NCBI GenBank assembly: GCA_000166095.1
Contig: CP002278.1
Span: 918,717-982,716, forward strand
DNA from: Methanothermus fervidus DSM 2088
GTDB taxonomy: Archaea; Methanobacteriota; Methanobacteria; DSM-2088; Methanothermaceae
DNA: 64,000 nt
Reading direction: 5' to 3'
The translations under genes and the position numbers were made by a program. This document shows positions 53,161 to 63,646 of the stretch, piece after piece (the first letter of the stretch is position 1; each line of letters starts with the position of its first letter). The notes under the pieces are model-generated. The model was not told where the DNA came from and made no database searches. It saw only the letters and a list, made by a program, of their open reading frames with translations.

Positions 53161-54579
53161 TTATTTTTCAAATATATAATTTTTTAATTTATTTAAAAAT
53201 TTTTTATATTTAGGTTCTATATATGTTCGAAATGTTGTCTCAATAAAGACTTTAAACATCCATGGATGTTTGATAAGATAGGAAGGTCGTGCATAAAATT
53301 TCACATATGCTTTCTCTAATATTTTTTTAACTAATTTCTTACTTAACCCTAATTTTTCATATTTTATCACGGGATTTAAGACTGTATACTCCTCCCAATT
53401 TTCATTTATTAATCCTTTTCTTTTTAATTTATAGTAGATTGGAGTTCCAGGAAATGGTGTCAAAATGCTATATTGACAATAATCAGGATCTAATTTTATT
53501 GAAAAATCTATGGTTTTATTCATTTCATCTAGAGTTTCACCAGGATATCCAAACATAAAAGATGTGACAGTTTGCAAGTTTAAATTCTTAGCAACTTTAA
53601 CAGCATCTTTTATTTGTTTTAATGTTATACCCTTTTTCATTAAATTAAGTACTCTTTGAGATCCAGATTCTGCTCCATAATATATCCTATTAAGACCTAC
53701 AGTTTTCAAATTTTTTAATGTATCTCTATTTATTGTATCTACACGTGAAGAAATTGTAAAATCTATATCTAAATCTCTATTTTTTAATTCATTGCAAAAT
53801 TCCTCGATACGACGACGATGAATTGTAAATGTATCATCTAAAAATGTTATTTCCCTTACATTATAGTCATTTACCAATTCTTCTATTTCATCCACAATAT
53901 TTTCAGCACTACGATATCTAAATCTCTTGCCCATCATCTTTGATGAGGAACAATACTCACAATTATATGGGCAACCTCTTGAACTTATAATACCTCCTGT
54001 CTCCTCAGATAAATTATATTCCTTAAAAGGCACAAGATGTCTTGCTGGAAAAGGAATTTCATCTAAGTTTTCAATAAGAGGTCTTGGATCGTTTATATGT
54101 AATCTTTCATCATTGTCTCTATATGCTATCCCTCTTATTTTCTCTAAACATTTTTTCCCTTTACTCTCATATTCTAATGCTAATTCCTTAAAAGTTTCTT
54201 CCCCTTCTCCAATTACAACGACATCTAACTCTGGACATTCCCTTAGAGTTTTAATAGGTAAAAAAGTTGCATGGGGGCCTCCAATCACAGTTAATATATT
54301 GGGAAGCAATTTTTTAATGGATTTTATATATTCTAGAGCCTTCTTAATTAATGGGGTTGTTGCAGTCACTCCTACAATTGAAGGGTTTAATTTTTTAATA
54401 ATCTTTGTAACTTTTTTTATACCCCATTCCTTAAGGTTATCATCAATTATTCCAACAGATAGTGAAGCACTTTCTAATGAAGAAGCCAAATACATCAAAT
54501 TAAGTGGAGGAACCTTATATCTTAATTTTTCTTTTATGTCTGTGGTGTCTAGAGGATTTATTAATATAACGTCTTTCAT
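53161..54579 (-). CDS. B12-binding radical SAM protein (class B-type topology)
   Basis: N-terminal cobalamin-binding Rossmann-like region, then CPYNCEYC radical SAM motif; 472 aa. Confidence 0.75.
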   Translation of the reverse strand: MKDVILINPLDTTDIKEKLRYKVPPLNLMYLASSLESASLSVGIIDDNLKEWGIKKVTKIIKKLNPSIVGVTATTPLIKKALEYIKSIKKLLPNILTVIGGPHATFLPIKTLRECPELDVVVIGEGEETFKELALEYESKGKKCLEKIRGIAYRDNDERLHINDPRPLIENLDEIPFPARHLVPFKEYNLSEETGGIISSRGCPYNCEYCSSSKMMGKRFRYRSAENIVDEIEELVNDYNVREITFLDDTFTIHRRRIEEFCNELKNRDLDIDFTISSRVDTINRDTLKNLKTVGLNRIYYGAESGSQRVLNLMKKGITLKQIKDAVKVAKNLNLQTVTSFMFGYPGETLDEMNKTIDFSIKLDPDYCQYSILTPFPGTPIYYKLKRKGLINENWEEYTVLNPVIKYEKLGLSKKLVKKILEKAYVKFYARPSYLIKHPWMFKVFIETTFRTYIEPKYKKFLNKLKNYIFEK

Positions 54580-55978
54580 TCTTTATCTCCATCCATTTTT
54601 CATTATGGATACAACCAGGATCAGGTGCACAAACATCTGAGAAATAAGCATAAGCTCTAGCACGGCAACCTCCACAAATATCACGATTTACACAAGTTTT
54701 ACAATGCCCCTTTAACAGGTTTCTATTTCTTAATTTCCATAACACTTCATTTTTTTCCCATATTTCTCTAAAATCATCCTCTAGTATATTACCTAATTTT
54801 ACATGTTCATCATGTGGGAAAAAGACACAAGGATAAATATCTCCATTAGGTTCAAGACTTAAATAAAATCTGCCAGCACCACATCCTCCAATGAAGTCTG
54901 CCAGTTGTCTAATTTCATTGCTTTCATATTTAGGGTTGTAAAAGTGTGTAGGTATGATTTCCCCAGATTTTTTAGTTGCAACAGATGCAAATTGTGGTGC
55001 AGTAGATAATATTTCAATTTCTCTTTCATAATTTAAAGCATAAATTTTCTCTAATAATCTGTATCTATCTTTAGGACTGATATCCATATCTACATTTTTT
55101 GAACCTCTACCTACAGGGACAAAATTATAAAGCATTAACCAATCTGCTCCTAATTTCTCGACAAGATCTACCATTCCCAATATTTCTTTATAATTATTTT
55201 TTGTGACTGTCGTTGCTACCTCTACAAACACCTCAGTTTTAGAAAAATTCTTTATAGCCTCACAAGCTCTTTTCCATGCCCCATTAACACCTCTAAATTC
55301 ATCATGTGTTTTAGGATTAAGACCATCTAAAGATATTTGCACAAACTTAAGTCCAGCTTCTTCAAATTCTTTACATCGTTCTTTATTGGAAAATATAAAA
55401 CCATTTGTTGCCATGGCTACATATAATCCTTTTTCACTTGCATATTCAATATAATCAAGAATATTTGGATGTATACTTGGTTCTCCACCAGAAAATGCCA
55501 ATATCGGAATTTTTTCACTTGAAATGATGTCAATAATATTCATTACATCTTCTTTCCCTAATTCTTCAGAATTTCCTTTAGACTCATAACAATGTTTACA
55601 ATTCATATTACATCTTTGTGTAATATTCCAAACTACCTGGAATGGAGAACCAGGGACAAAAGGCTTTTTAACACCAAATGTTGCTATACCTTTAAGCACG
55701 TTTATTAATCCCATCGTCCAATATGGATCTTTCATCCTTTCTTTTACTTCTTCTTCGTCAACTCCAAAGGCTTCTGATCCTTTTTTAATTATATATCCCA
55801 AAATGTACGAGTCTAATTTACAAAGGAGACATTTATTATCTCCAGTTATATAATGCTCCAATGCAGCCTCTAATTTACTTTTATTATCTTTTTTACATTT
55901 AGATAACATATGTCTTATTAAAAATTTAGAAATAGGATTATCAACAATTTTTTTGAATGTATGTATCATTTTATCCAT
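54515..55978 (-). CDS. radical SAM/SPASM-domain protein with Cys-containing N-terminal extension
   Basis: CNMNCKHC radical SAM motif at ~aa 120; C-terminal SPASM cysteines (CGAG...C...CKTC...CGGC); N-terminal CxxC; start refined to ATG 55978 after GAGGGGAG; 3' end overlaps start of B12 rSAM gene by 65 nt. Confidence 0.7.
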   Translation of the reverse strand: MDKMIHTFKKIVDNPISKFLIRHMLSKCKKDNKSKLEAALEHYITGDNKCLLCKLDSYILGYIIKKGSEAFGVDEEEVKERMKDPYWTMGLINVLKGIATFGVKKPFVPGSPFQVVWNITQRCNMNCKHCYESKGNSEELGKEDVMNIIDIISSEKIPILAFSGGEPSIHPNILDYIEYASEKGLYVAMATNGFIFSNKERCKEFEEAGLKFVQISLDGLNPKTHDEFRGVNGAWKRACEAIKNFSKTEVFVEVATTVTKNNYKEILGMVDLVEKLGADWLMLYNFVPVGRGSKNVDMDISPKDRYRLLEKIYALNYEREIEILSTAPQFASVATKKSGEIIPTHFYNPKYESNEIRQLADFIGGCGAGRFYLSLEPNGDIYPCVFFPHDEHVKLGNILEDDFREIWEKNEVLWKLRNRNLLKGHCKTCVNRDICGGCRARAYAYFSDVCAPDPGCIHNEKWMEIKNERRYINKSSRHHRHKRKIKI

Positions 55979-56140
55979 GAAACTCCCCTCAAAAATAAAC
56001 ACTATTCACAATTTTTTATATTTTAAATTATAAAAATTTTATCATAAAATATTGATATTCAAAAGACAATTTTTTTATTATATCTGAAAAAATTGAACAA
56101 AATAACAACTAAAAACTTAAATTTGACTTTTCATGCTGTG

Positions 56141-56204
56141 TCAGAGTTCAGCCTTTTCATCATGACTTAAAAACATGTTCAGATTTTTCGGCCTTCATCA
56201 TCAT
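56141..56204. repeat. imperfect direct repeat GTTCAG-n-GCCTT(T)TCATCAT (two copies) in divergent spacer upstream of SPASM rSAM gene
   Basis: GTTCAGCCTTTTCATCATGA at 56146-56165 and GTTCAGATTTTTCGGCCTTCATCATCAT at 56177-56204. Confidence 0.35.
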
Positions 56205-56255
56205 AAAAAATTTAATTTTCAAGAAAAAATAAAATTATTGTAATATGGTGAGAAC

Positions 56256-56588
56256 ATGGAAAAGGTAAAATTAATTTTTTATTTCATCCTGGGTGGGATT
56301 GTTGTAGCTTTAACTACCTATTTTGGAAGTGAAAGAAGAGGAATATTAGCGGCTTTTATTGCAATGTTTCCATCTGTAACAGTTCTTACGTTATTAACAA
56401 TTTATCTGGAAGCTGGAACAGATTCTGTAATTTCATATGTTAAAGGCCTGCTTTTATTGACACCGCCTTGGATGCTTTATCTTTTATCTTTAGTTTACAT
56501 ATTGCCAAGATATGGATTTTTAACTGCTATATTGGTAGGTGTAATAATCTATTTTTCCCTGGCTTCAATTCTTATGTTTTTAATTTAA
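56256..56588 (+). CDS. small integral membrane protein (4 TM)
   Basis: 110 aa hydrophobic ORF. Confidence 0.35.
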   Translation: MEKVKLIFYFILGGIVVALTTYFGSERRGILAAFIAMFPSVTVLTLLTIYLEAGTDSVISYVKGLLLLTPPWMLYLLSLVYILPRYGFLTAILVGVIIYFSLASILMFLI

Positions 56589-56593
56589 GTAAG

Positions 56594-56935
56594 TTATACA
56601 CCATCTACTTCTAAAAGTTCAAAAAATTCTTTTACTATTTCTTTAGATAATGAATCCATATTTTTAATGTTTCCATCTTCTGGGCAATATATAGATGCTT
56701 TTTTATCATTTGAAGCATAGATAATTATTTTCTCTTTACCCCATTGGCGTAAAGGATCTATTACTAAAATATCAAGGTTCTCATAATATTCTATACTTAC
56801 AAAACCACCACAGCCAGCAGGATATATTATCATGGTTCTTAATGGAGTTTCTATCTCTCTACAGGTCTTTAAAAATTTAGGAAATGGTTTGCCATTTTTT
56901 ACAACATTCATTATATTTTTTATCTTCTCCATCAA
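56594..56935 (-). CDS. hypothetical protein
   Basis: 113-aa ORF divergent from frhA; no recognisable motif. Confidence 0.35.
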   Translation of the reverse strand: MMEKIKNIMNVVKNGKPFPKFLKTCREIETPLRTMIIYPAGCGGFVSIEYYENLDILVIDPLRQWGKEKIIIYASNDKKASIYCPEDGNIKNMDSLSKEIVKEFFELLEVDGV

Positions 56936-57071
56936 ACTTACATCTCCTTATTTTACTTTATAAAATTTAGTAATACTAATCATTTTAATTTTAAGCATTT
57001 ATTATATAATAATACAATTTTATTATTTCTATATAAACTTTTTTATTTAACAAGTATTTGAAAATTTTATA

Positions 57072-57091
57072 ACTGGTTATGAATAACCAGT
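57072..57091. promoter_or_regulatory. perfect 9-bp inverted repeat ACTGGTTAT-ga-ATAACCAGT between TATA-like sequences and the frhA start
   Basis: read directly; 22 nt upstream of frhA GTG; only GC-containing palindrome in a 177-nt AT-rich spacer. Confidence 0.5.
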
Positions 57092-57112
57092 ATAACATAA
57101 AATTACTATGAG

Positions 57113-58348
57113 GTGAATTTTTTGGCAGAAAGAGTTGTTATTTCACCTACTTCTAGACAGGAAGGTCATGCAGAATTAGTAATGGAAGTGGATGATGAAG
57201 GAATAGTAACCAAAGGATATTATTTTTCAATAACTCCTGTAAGAGGACTTGAAAAAATGGTATTAGGTAAAGATCCAGAAACAGCGCCAGTTCTTACACA
57301 AAGGATTTGTGGAGTATGTCCTATTCCTCATACTTTAGCTTCAACAGAGGCTATAGAAGACTCCTTAGGAATTGAAATTCCAGAAACAGCTCGTCTATTA
57401 AGAGAATTGCTTTGCGCTGCTCACCATATAAACAGTCATGCCATCCATCAGTTCTTGATAGCAAAAGATTTTGTACCAGAAGAAAAAATGAAAGATGTAA
57501 TAAATTCAATTTCAGAGATTAGGAAAAATGCACAATACGTTGTTGAAAAAGTAGGTGGTGAGGGAATACATCCTCCAGATGTACGTATAGGTGGAATGGC
57601 AAAAAATATAACAGAACTAACACGAAAGAGAGCATATGCTAAATTAAAACAATTAGCTCCTAAATTAAATGAACATGTAGAGCAGATGATAGAATTTATT
57701 GAGGAAAAAGGATTACCTAAAGGTTTAGGTGCACATGACCAACCAACATTTGCTACTCATCCAATATATGGGGATAGAGAAAAATTCGATTTAGAAAGAT
57801 TTACAGAAGTCATGCCTGAAAGTTGGTATGATGATCCAGAAATAGGAAAACGTGCATGTTCAACTATACCTCTTTACGATGGTAGAAATGTAGAGGTAGG
57901 TCCCAGAGCAAGACTTGTTGAATTTCAAGGATTTAAAGATAAAGGAGTGGTAGCACAACACATTGCTCGTGCTTTAGAAATGAAAACAGCGCTTGCAAGG
58001 GCTCTTAATATTCTCGACAAATTAAACACAAGTGCAAGAGTTAGAGTTGATTATGATGACAGAGGATCTGGAAAGTTAGGATTAGGAGTTATTGAAGCTC
58101 CAAGAGGCACTGATATCCATATGGCCAAAGTTGAAAATGGTAAAATACAATACTACAATGCATTAGTTCCAACAACATGGAATATTCCAACGATTGGTCA
58201 AGCAACTGAAGGTTATCATCATAAGTATGGCCCACATGTTGTTAGAGCATATGATCCTTGCTTATCATGTGCAACTCATGTCATTGTTAAGGACAAAGAA
58301 GGCATTGTAAAGCAAGGAATATTTGATGGTGTTAGTTGCAATGTATGA
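57113..58348 (+). CDS. frhA: coenzyme F420-reducing [NiFe] hydrogenase alpha subunit, cysteine form
   Basis: N-terminal [10 protein letters not shown] and C-terminal DPCLSCATH Ni-binding motifs; GTG 57113 or TTG 57122 start after GAGGTGA. Confidence 0.85.
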   Translation: MNFLAERVVISPTSRQEGHAELVMEVDDEGIVTKGYYFSITPVRGLEKMVLGKDPETAPVLTQRICGVCPIPHTLASTEAIEDSLGIEIPETARLLRELLCAAHHINSHAIHQFLIAKDFVPEEKMKDVINSISEIRKNAQYVVEKVGGEGIHPPDVRIGGMAKNITELTRKRAYAKLKQLAPKLNEHVEQMIEFIEEKGLPKGLGAHDQPTFATHPIYGDREKFDLERFTEVMPESWYDDPEIGKRACSTIPLYDGRNVEVGPRARLVEFQGFKDKGVVAQHIARALEMKTALARALNILDKLNTSARVRVDYDDRGSGKLGLGVIEAPRGTDIHMAKVENGKIQYYNALVPTTWNIPTIGQATEGYHHKYGPHVVRAYDPCLSCATHVIVKDKEGIVKQGIFDGVSCNV

Positions 58349-58817
58349 TGCAGAAATACTGGTAGTTGGATGTGGAAACATATTGTTTAAGGATGATGGC
58401 TTTGGTCCAATTGTAATTAAAGAATTAGAGAAATATATAGAAGAAAACAATATAAAATTGCCAAAGAATGTAAAAATTATTGATGGAGGAACTGGAGCTA
58501 CTTATCACATCTTTTCTCTTCCATCTGAGTCTTGGAAAAAAATAATTGTTGTAGATGTTGTAGAGTTTGATGCTAAGCCAGGAACTGTCAAAAAGTTTAA
58601 CATAGATGAGCTTCCAAAAGGAAAATACGAAAATCCACATTCATGGCCAGTGACAGATCCTTTACATGAATTATCTAAAAAAATAGATATTGTAGTGATT
58701 GGTTGTAAACCCAAAAAAATTTCTGCACCATATGTTGAGGAAGGACTTACACCTCCTGTGAAAAAATCTGTTCAAAAGGCAATTAAAATGATATTAGAAG
58801 AAATTGGGGTTTTTTAG
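58341..58817 (+). CDS. frhD: F420-reducing hydrogenase maturation protease
   Basis: [18 protein letters not shown] motif of hydrogenase C-terminal endopeptidases; ATG 58341 overlaps frhA stop. Confidence 0.8.
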   Translation: MYDAEILVVGCGNILFKDDGFGPIVIKELEKYIEENNIKLPKNVKIIDGGTGATYHIFSLPSESWKKIIVVDVVEFDAKPGTVKKFNIDELPKGKYENPHSWPVTDPLHELSKKIDIVVIGCKPKKISAPYVEEGLTPPVKKSVQKAIKMILEEIGVF

Positions 58818-59582
58818 ATGAGTATAAGTAATAAAATTAAAAAAATGTTGGGACTTAAGTCTGAAAGTGCTGAGGAGGTTAAAGAGATGAAAAAACCAAA
58901 AATAGGGTATATACATTTAAGTGGTTGTACTGGCTGCCTTATGTCTCTAACAGAGAATTATGATCTTTTGGCGGATCTATTAGACATGGTAGAGATTGTG
59001 TATGGTCACACACTAGTTGATGTTTGGGAAATGCCTGAAATGGATCTAGCATTAGTTGAGGGTAGTGTCTGTATACAAGATGAGCATAGTGTAGAAGAAC
59101 TTATGGAAGCCAGAGAAAAAGCTGACCTTTTATGTGCATTAGGATCTTGTGCAATGACTGGAGGATTCACAAGATATGCACGTGGTGGACAACAGGCACA
59201 ACCTTCACATGAATCATTTTTACCTATCAGTGAATTAGTTAAAGTAGATTTAGCAATTCCTGGTTGCCCTCCATCACCAGAGATCATTGCAAAAACACTT
59301 ACTGCATATATAAAAGAAGATATGGATTATCTCAAACCTCTCATGGATTTACCAAAACATAATGAGCTTTGTGGTTGTGACTTACAAAACGAAGTTGTTA
59401 ATAAGGCATTATGCTGTGGTTGTGGAAGTTGTGCAATGGCATGTCAAACGAGAGCAATAGAGATGGTCAATGGCAGGCCAGAAATCAATACCAACCGATG
59501 TATAAAATGTGGTGTATGTTACGTACATTGTCCAAGGACATGGTGGCCTGAAGAACAGATAAAAAGTGAATTAGAGTTATAA
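58818..59582 (+). CDS. frhG: F420-reducing hydrogenase gamma subunit (small subunit with ferredoxin-like C-terminus)
   Basis: small-subunit cluster motifs (LSGCTGC, GSCA, PGCPP) plus C-terminal 2x CxxCxxCxxxCP. Confidence 0.85.
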   Translation: MSISNKIKKMLGLKSESAEEVKEMKKPKIGYIHLSGCTGCLMSLTENYDLLADLLDMVEIVYGHTLVDVWEMPEMDLALVEGSVCIQDEHSVEELMEAREKADLLCALGSCAMTGGFTRYARGGQQAQPSHESFLPISELVKVDLAIPGCPPSPEIIAKTLTAYIKEDMDYLKPLMDLPKHNELCGCDLQNEVVNKALCCGCGSCAMACQTRAIEMVNGRPEINTNRCIKCGVCYVHCPRTWWPEEQIKSELEL

Positions 59583-59594
59583 AAGGTGTTATAA

Positions 59595-60437
59595 ATGGTT
59601 TTAGGAAAATATGTTGAGGCTGTAGCAGCAAAATGTAAAGATAAAGAAATACAAAAAGTATCACAAGATGGTGGTGTAGTAAGCGGACTTCTAATTTATG
59701 CATTAGAGGAAGGAATAATAGAAGGTGCGGTAGTTTCAAAAGTAACTGATGAACCTTGGAAACCACAGCCACATATTGCTACCACTAGAGATGAAATTTT
59801 AGCTGCAGCAGGTACAAAGTATACAATGTGTCCAAATGTATGGATGATAAAGGAAGCCACAAGACAATATGGAATTGAAAAATTGGGAATTGTTGGTGTG
59901 CCCTGCCAAATAGGAGCAGTCAGAAAAATGCAGACATACCCATTTGGAGCAAGATTTGTTCCAGATAAAATTAAGTTAATCGTTGGAATCTACTGTATGG
60001 AAAACTTTCCATATTCATCATTAGAAACTTTTGTTTCAGAGAAAATGAACCTTAGTCTTGATATTGTGGACAAAATGGATATAGGTAAAGGGAAATTCTG
60101 GGCATACACAGTTGATGAAACAGCAACAATTCCATTGAAAGAAACACATGGTTATGAACAAAGCAGTTGTAAAGTTTGTAATGATTATACAGCTGAACTC
60201 GCTGATATTTCCACAGGGTCTGTTGGTACACCAGATGGATGGTCAACAGTTTTAACACGGACAAAATTTGGTGACAAATTATTTAAGGAAGCTGTGGAGG
60301 TAGGAATGTTTGAAACAAAACCAATAGAGGAAGTTAAACCAGGATTAGGATTGCTAAAAAAACTAGCTAAACAGAAAAAGGAAAGAGCAGAAAAAACAAT
60401 TGAAGAAAGAAAGAAATTAGGGCTTCCTGTGCCCTAA
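59595..60437 (+). CDS. frhB: F420-reducing hydrogenase beta subunit (F420/FAD-binding iron-sulfur flavoprotein)
   Basis: FrhB/FdhB family; 280 aa; operon position. Confidence 0.8.
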   Translation: MVLGKYVEAVAAKCKDKEIQKVSQDGGVVSGLLIYALEEGIIEGAVVSKVTDEPWKPQPHIATTRDEILAAAGTKYTMCPNVWMIKEATRQYGIEKLGIVGVPCQIGAVRKMQTYPFGARFVPDKIKLIVGIYCMENFPYSSLETFVSEKMNLSLDIVDKMDIGKGKFWAYTVDETATIPLKETHGYEQSSCKVCNDYTAELADISTGSVGTPDGWSTVLTRTKFGDKLFKEAVEVGMFETKPIEEVKPGLGLLKKLAKQKKERAEKTIEERKKLGLPVP

Positions 60438-60818
60438 TTACTTTTTTGGCACTAGTTTCCCAGATGCTACCAATCTACATATATCTGTTTTTGTTATTAC
60501 TCCTACCTCTTTATTGTTTTTTGTAACTAACAATCCAGAGACATCAGACCTTAACATCAAATTTGCTGCAACTTTAATGTCTTTTTCTGCAGGTATTTTT
60601 ATAGGTTTTTTAGTCATTATGTCCTTAATTTTAATTTTTTTATTGGAAATATCAATTCCAGCAATGTCTGTGTATGATATTACACCAATTATTTTTTTGT
60701 TTTGTGTTACAAAAAGCCTCCTTACACCTTTTTTAAACATTTTTTTAACAGCTTCTATTGGGTGCTCAGAAGCATCTATTGTTATAATATCTTTATTCAT
60801 TACTTCCTCTACTCTCAT
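60438..60818 (-). CDS. CBS-domain pair protein
   Basis: 126 aa with two CBS repeats. Confidence 0.7.
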   Translation of the reverse strand: MRVEEVMNKDIITIDASEHPIEAVKKMFKKGVRRLFVTQNKKIIGVISYTDIAGIDISNKKIKIKDIMTKKPIKIPAEKDIKVAANLMLRSDVSGLLVTKNNKEVGVITKTDICRLVASGKLVPKK

Positions 60819-60908
60819 GAATATTCCCCTAAAAAATTTTAGCGCCGAAAAAATTATATAGTGTAAATATATTTAACTTAAATTGGATAAAAATAATGAA
60901 TTTAAAAT

Positions 60909-60982
60909 GGGCCCGTAGCTCAGTCTGGCAGAGCGTCTGGCTCTTAACCAGATGGTCGCGGGTTCAAATCCCGTCGGGCCCG
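60909..60982 (+). tRNA. tRNA-Lys (anticodon CTT)
   Basis: 74-nt cloverleaf; anticodon loop CTCTTAA; T-loop GGTTCAAATCC. Confidence 0.8.
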
Positions 60983-60990
60983 CTCAAAAT

Positions 60991-61062
60991 AGTCCCGTGG
61001 GGTAGTGGTAATCCTGCCAGGCTCTGGACCTGGCGACGGCGGTTCGAATCCGCCCGGGACTA
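60991..61062 (+). tRNA. tRNA-Gln (anticodon CTG)
   Basis: 72-nt cloverleaf; anticodon loop CTCTGGA; 8 nt after tRNA-Lys; followed by oligo-T. Confidence 0.75.
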
Positions 61063-61075
61063 TTTTTTATCATTT
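61063..61075 (+). terminator. oligo-T terminator after tRNA-Gln (TTTTTTATCATTTTT)
   Basis: T6 tract directly following tRNA 3' end. Confidence 0.45.
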
Positions 61076-61185
61076 TTGCCTGATTTTAACAAAATATATA
61101 TATTGGACAATGTTAGGTATGTAAGGGGATTAATAAAATTCTAGAAAAGTCCTGATTTTTAATTAAAAAAGGAGGAGACCAACCG

Positions 61186-62208
61186 ATGACATGCAGCGTA
61201 TTAGTCGGTGGAGAATGGGGAGATGAAGGAAAAGGTAAATGTATAACCTATTTATGCCATGTTGATAAACCAGATATTGTAGCAAGGGCTGGAGTAGGTC
61301 CAAATGCTGGGCATACTGTGGAGTATAAAGGCAAAAAATATGCAGTAAGATTGACACCTTCTGGATTTATACATAAAGATGCAAAATTATTGATAGGTGC
61401 TGGTGTACTAATAGATCCAGAAGTTTTCTTACATGAGATGGAATATTTAAAAGAATATGAAGTTGATAAGAGAACATTTATTGATTACAGGTGTGCAGTA
61501 ATAGAAAAGAAACACAAAGAATTGGATAGGAAGTCTAGTCATTTATCTGAGAAGATAGGAACCACAGGTACTGGTTGTGGCCCAGCAAATGCTGATAGAG
61601 TTATGAGAAAAGCCAAATTAGCCAAACAAATTTCAGAGTTAAGTAAATATTTAACCAATGTTGCAGAGGAAATTAATGAAGCAATTGACAATGATAAGGA
61701 CGTAATTATCGAAGGTTCACAAGGTTTTGGCTTGTCATTATATTATGGCACTTATCCATATGTAACAAGTAAAGATACTACTGCAAGCTCAGCTGCAGCT
61801 GACGTTGGTGTAGGTCCTACCAAAATTGACGAAGTTATTGTAGTTTTTAAAGCATATGCTACAAGAGTTGGAGAAGGACCATTTCCAACAGAAATTAGCC
61901 AAGATGAAGCAAAAAAAATGGGAATCGTTGAATATGGGACAGTGACGGGTAGACCTCGCAGGGTAGGCTTGTTTGACATGGAATTAGCCAAAGAATCATG
62001 CATGATAAACGGCGCAACTCAAATAGCACTTACTTGTGTTGATAAATTGTACCCCGACTGTGGAAGAGTTAAAAAATATGAGGATTTATCTGTAGAAGCA
62101 AAGAGATTCATAGAAAGAATTGAGGAAGAAACTGGAGTGCCAGTAACAATAATATCTACAGGTCCAGATGTTGAGGATACTATTGATTTAAGAAAAGAGC
62201 TAATATAA
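61186..62208 (+). CDS. purA: adenylosuccinate synthetase (short archaeal form)
   Basis: [11 protein letters not shown]-loop, GTTGTGCGP motif; AGGAGG RBS. Confidence 0.85.
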   Translation: MTCSVLVGGEWGDEGKGKCITYLCHVDKPDIVARAGVGPNAGHTVEYKGKKYAVRLTPSGFIHKDAKLLIGAGVLIDPEVFLHEMEYLKEYEVDKRTFIDYRCAVIEKKHKELDRKSSHLSEKIGTTGTGCGPANADRVMRKAKLAKQISELSKYLTNVAEEINEAIDNDKDVIIEGSQGFGLSLYYGTYPYVTSKDTTASSAAADVGVGPTKIDEVIVVFKAYATRVGEGPFPTEISQDEAKKMGIVEYGTVTGRPRRVGLFDMELAKESCMINGATQIALTCVDKLYPDCGRVKKYEDLSVEAKRFIERIEEETGVPVTIISTGPDVEDTIDLRKELI

Positions 62209-62970
62209 TTATCTTAGAATATCATGCATCATCCAAAATTGATTCAATGTTTTCCATTTTCCATGTAATATAGCGTTTTTTGTAAATTTACATGCATCTT
62301 TAATAGATTTAATTTTGCTATTGCCTCTATCCAAGTATGCAGCAACTGCAGCAGAAAAAGTACAGCCAGTCCCATGAGTATTCTCACTCTCTATAAGTTT
62401 ACTTTTTATTATTTTAATTTTTCCATCAATGTAAACAATATTTTTACCTGCTAGATCACCGCCAGTTATCACAACATCGCAAAATTCACCAATTTTTTTA
62501 GCAGCTTTTTTTGCATCGTTAATATTATTTATACTAATCCCTGAAAGTTTTTCAGCCTCAAATTTATTTGGAGTAACTAAACTTGCCCTTGGCAGCAAAT
62601 GTTTTTTCAACGCCTTAATAATACTTGATTCAGATAATGAATAACCAGATTCAGAAACCATAACCGGGTCCACAACAGCCTTTAAATTATATTCTTTAAT
62701 TTTTTTAGATACGACTTTAACAATGTCCTTTGTATATAACATCCCTGTTTTACAATATTTTATAGGTAATTCCTCAAGTATAATATCTATTTGTTCTGAA
62801 ATAAAATCTGGAGGAAGAGATAATATCTTTGATACTCTCTTTGTATTTTGCACTGTTAATGCAGTTATTACTGCTGCACCATAACTTCCAATAGAAGAAA
62901 ATGTTTTAATATCATTTAAAATTCCAGCACCGCCTGAAGGATCAAACCCTGCTATTGAAAGAGTTACCAT
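62209..62970 (-). CDS. thiD: hydroxymethylpyrimidine/phosphomethylpyrimidine kinase
   Basis: AGFDPSGGAGI motif; start refined to ATG 62970 (track start 63009 overlaps cofC by 46 nt). Confidence 0.75.
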   Translation of the reverse strand: MVTLSIAGFDPSGGAGILNDIKTFSSIGSYGAAVITALTVQNTKRVSKILSLPPDFISEQIDIILEELPIKYCKTGMLYTKDIVKVVSKKIKEYNLKAVVDPVMVSESGYSLSESSIIKALKKHLLPRASLVTPNKFEAEKLSGISINNINDAKKAAKKIGEFCDVVITGGDLAGKNIVYIDGKIKIIKSKLIESENTHGTGCTFSAAVAAYLDRGNSKIKSIKDACKFTKNAILHGKWKTLNQFWMMHDILR

Positions 62971-63635
62971 TTCTCTCGTTCCACCTTTAATCTTATATTC
63001 CCATGCCAAGGTTTAACTGAAAATCCAAGTTTCTTAAGATATTTGTATGTCGATGTTCCTCTGCCATGAAGTAAAATTTCACCTAAATCTTCTTTTGTGT
63101 TGACATCTACTGAAAGATAAAATGAATCATATACATAAAAGCTGAGATTTCTTTTTTTAGCTTCTTCTATATGTTTAAAGAAACTTAATTCTCCAAATCT
63201 TAAAGGTATAGCTTTTGGTTCTAAGAGAAGAGCATTAGTTCCACCACCTTTAGAAGGAGCAATGACTATGTCATATTCTTTACCTTTATTTATTAAAGTA
63301 TGTATATCGCATTTAAGAACAAGAGGAACATCTGCAGGAATTATTAGTACTTTGTCAAAATCTCTATATTCATCTATTGCTTTTTCCAAAGCACCATTTA
63401 ATTCAATTATTTCACTTTCTTCAAATATTTCTACCCCTATTTCATACCCAAACTCTAATATATTTTCATCAGAACTTACTATAACTATTTCATCAACAAA
63501 ATTATTTAATGCAGATGTTACATCACGTATCATTGCCTTTAACAAATTTTCTCTTTCAGCAGTTGATAATATAGTAGATAAACGCGTTTTAGCGCGTGGA
63601 AGTTCTGAGACTGGTATCATTGAGCATGTACGCAT
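62964..63635 (-). CDS. cofC: 2-phospho-L-lactate guanylyltransferase (F420 biosynthesis)
   Basis: MIPVSELPRAKTRL N-terminal motif of CofC/MobA-like fold; probable start ATG 63620. Confidence 0.7.
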   Translation of the reverse strand: MRTCSMIPVSELPRAKTRLSTILSTAERENLLKAMIRDVTSALNNFVDEIVIVSSDENILEFGYEIGVEIFEESEIIELNGALEKAIDEYRDFDKVLIIPADVPLVLKCDIHTLINKGKEYDIVIAPSKGGGTNALLLEPKAIPLRFGELSFFKHIEEAKKRNLSFYVYDSFYLSVDVNTKEDLGEILLHGRGTSTYKYLKKLGFSVKPWHGNIRLKVEREKW

Positions 63636-63646
63636 TTTAGATTCTC

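Noticed and set aside
60909-61062. Possibility that the tandem tRNA-Lys/tRNA-Gln pair is part of a larger mobile or rRNA-linked element
   Set aside because: Flanks are a CBS-domain gene and purA with normal spacers. There is no rRNA and no repeat of the tRNA ends.
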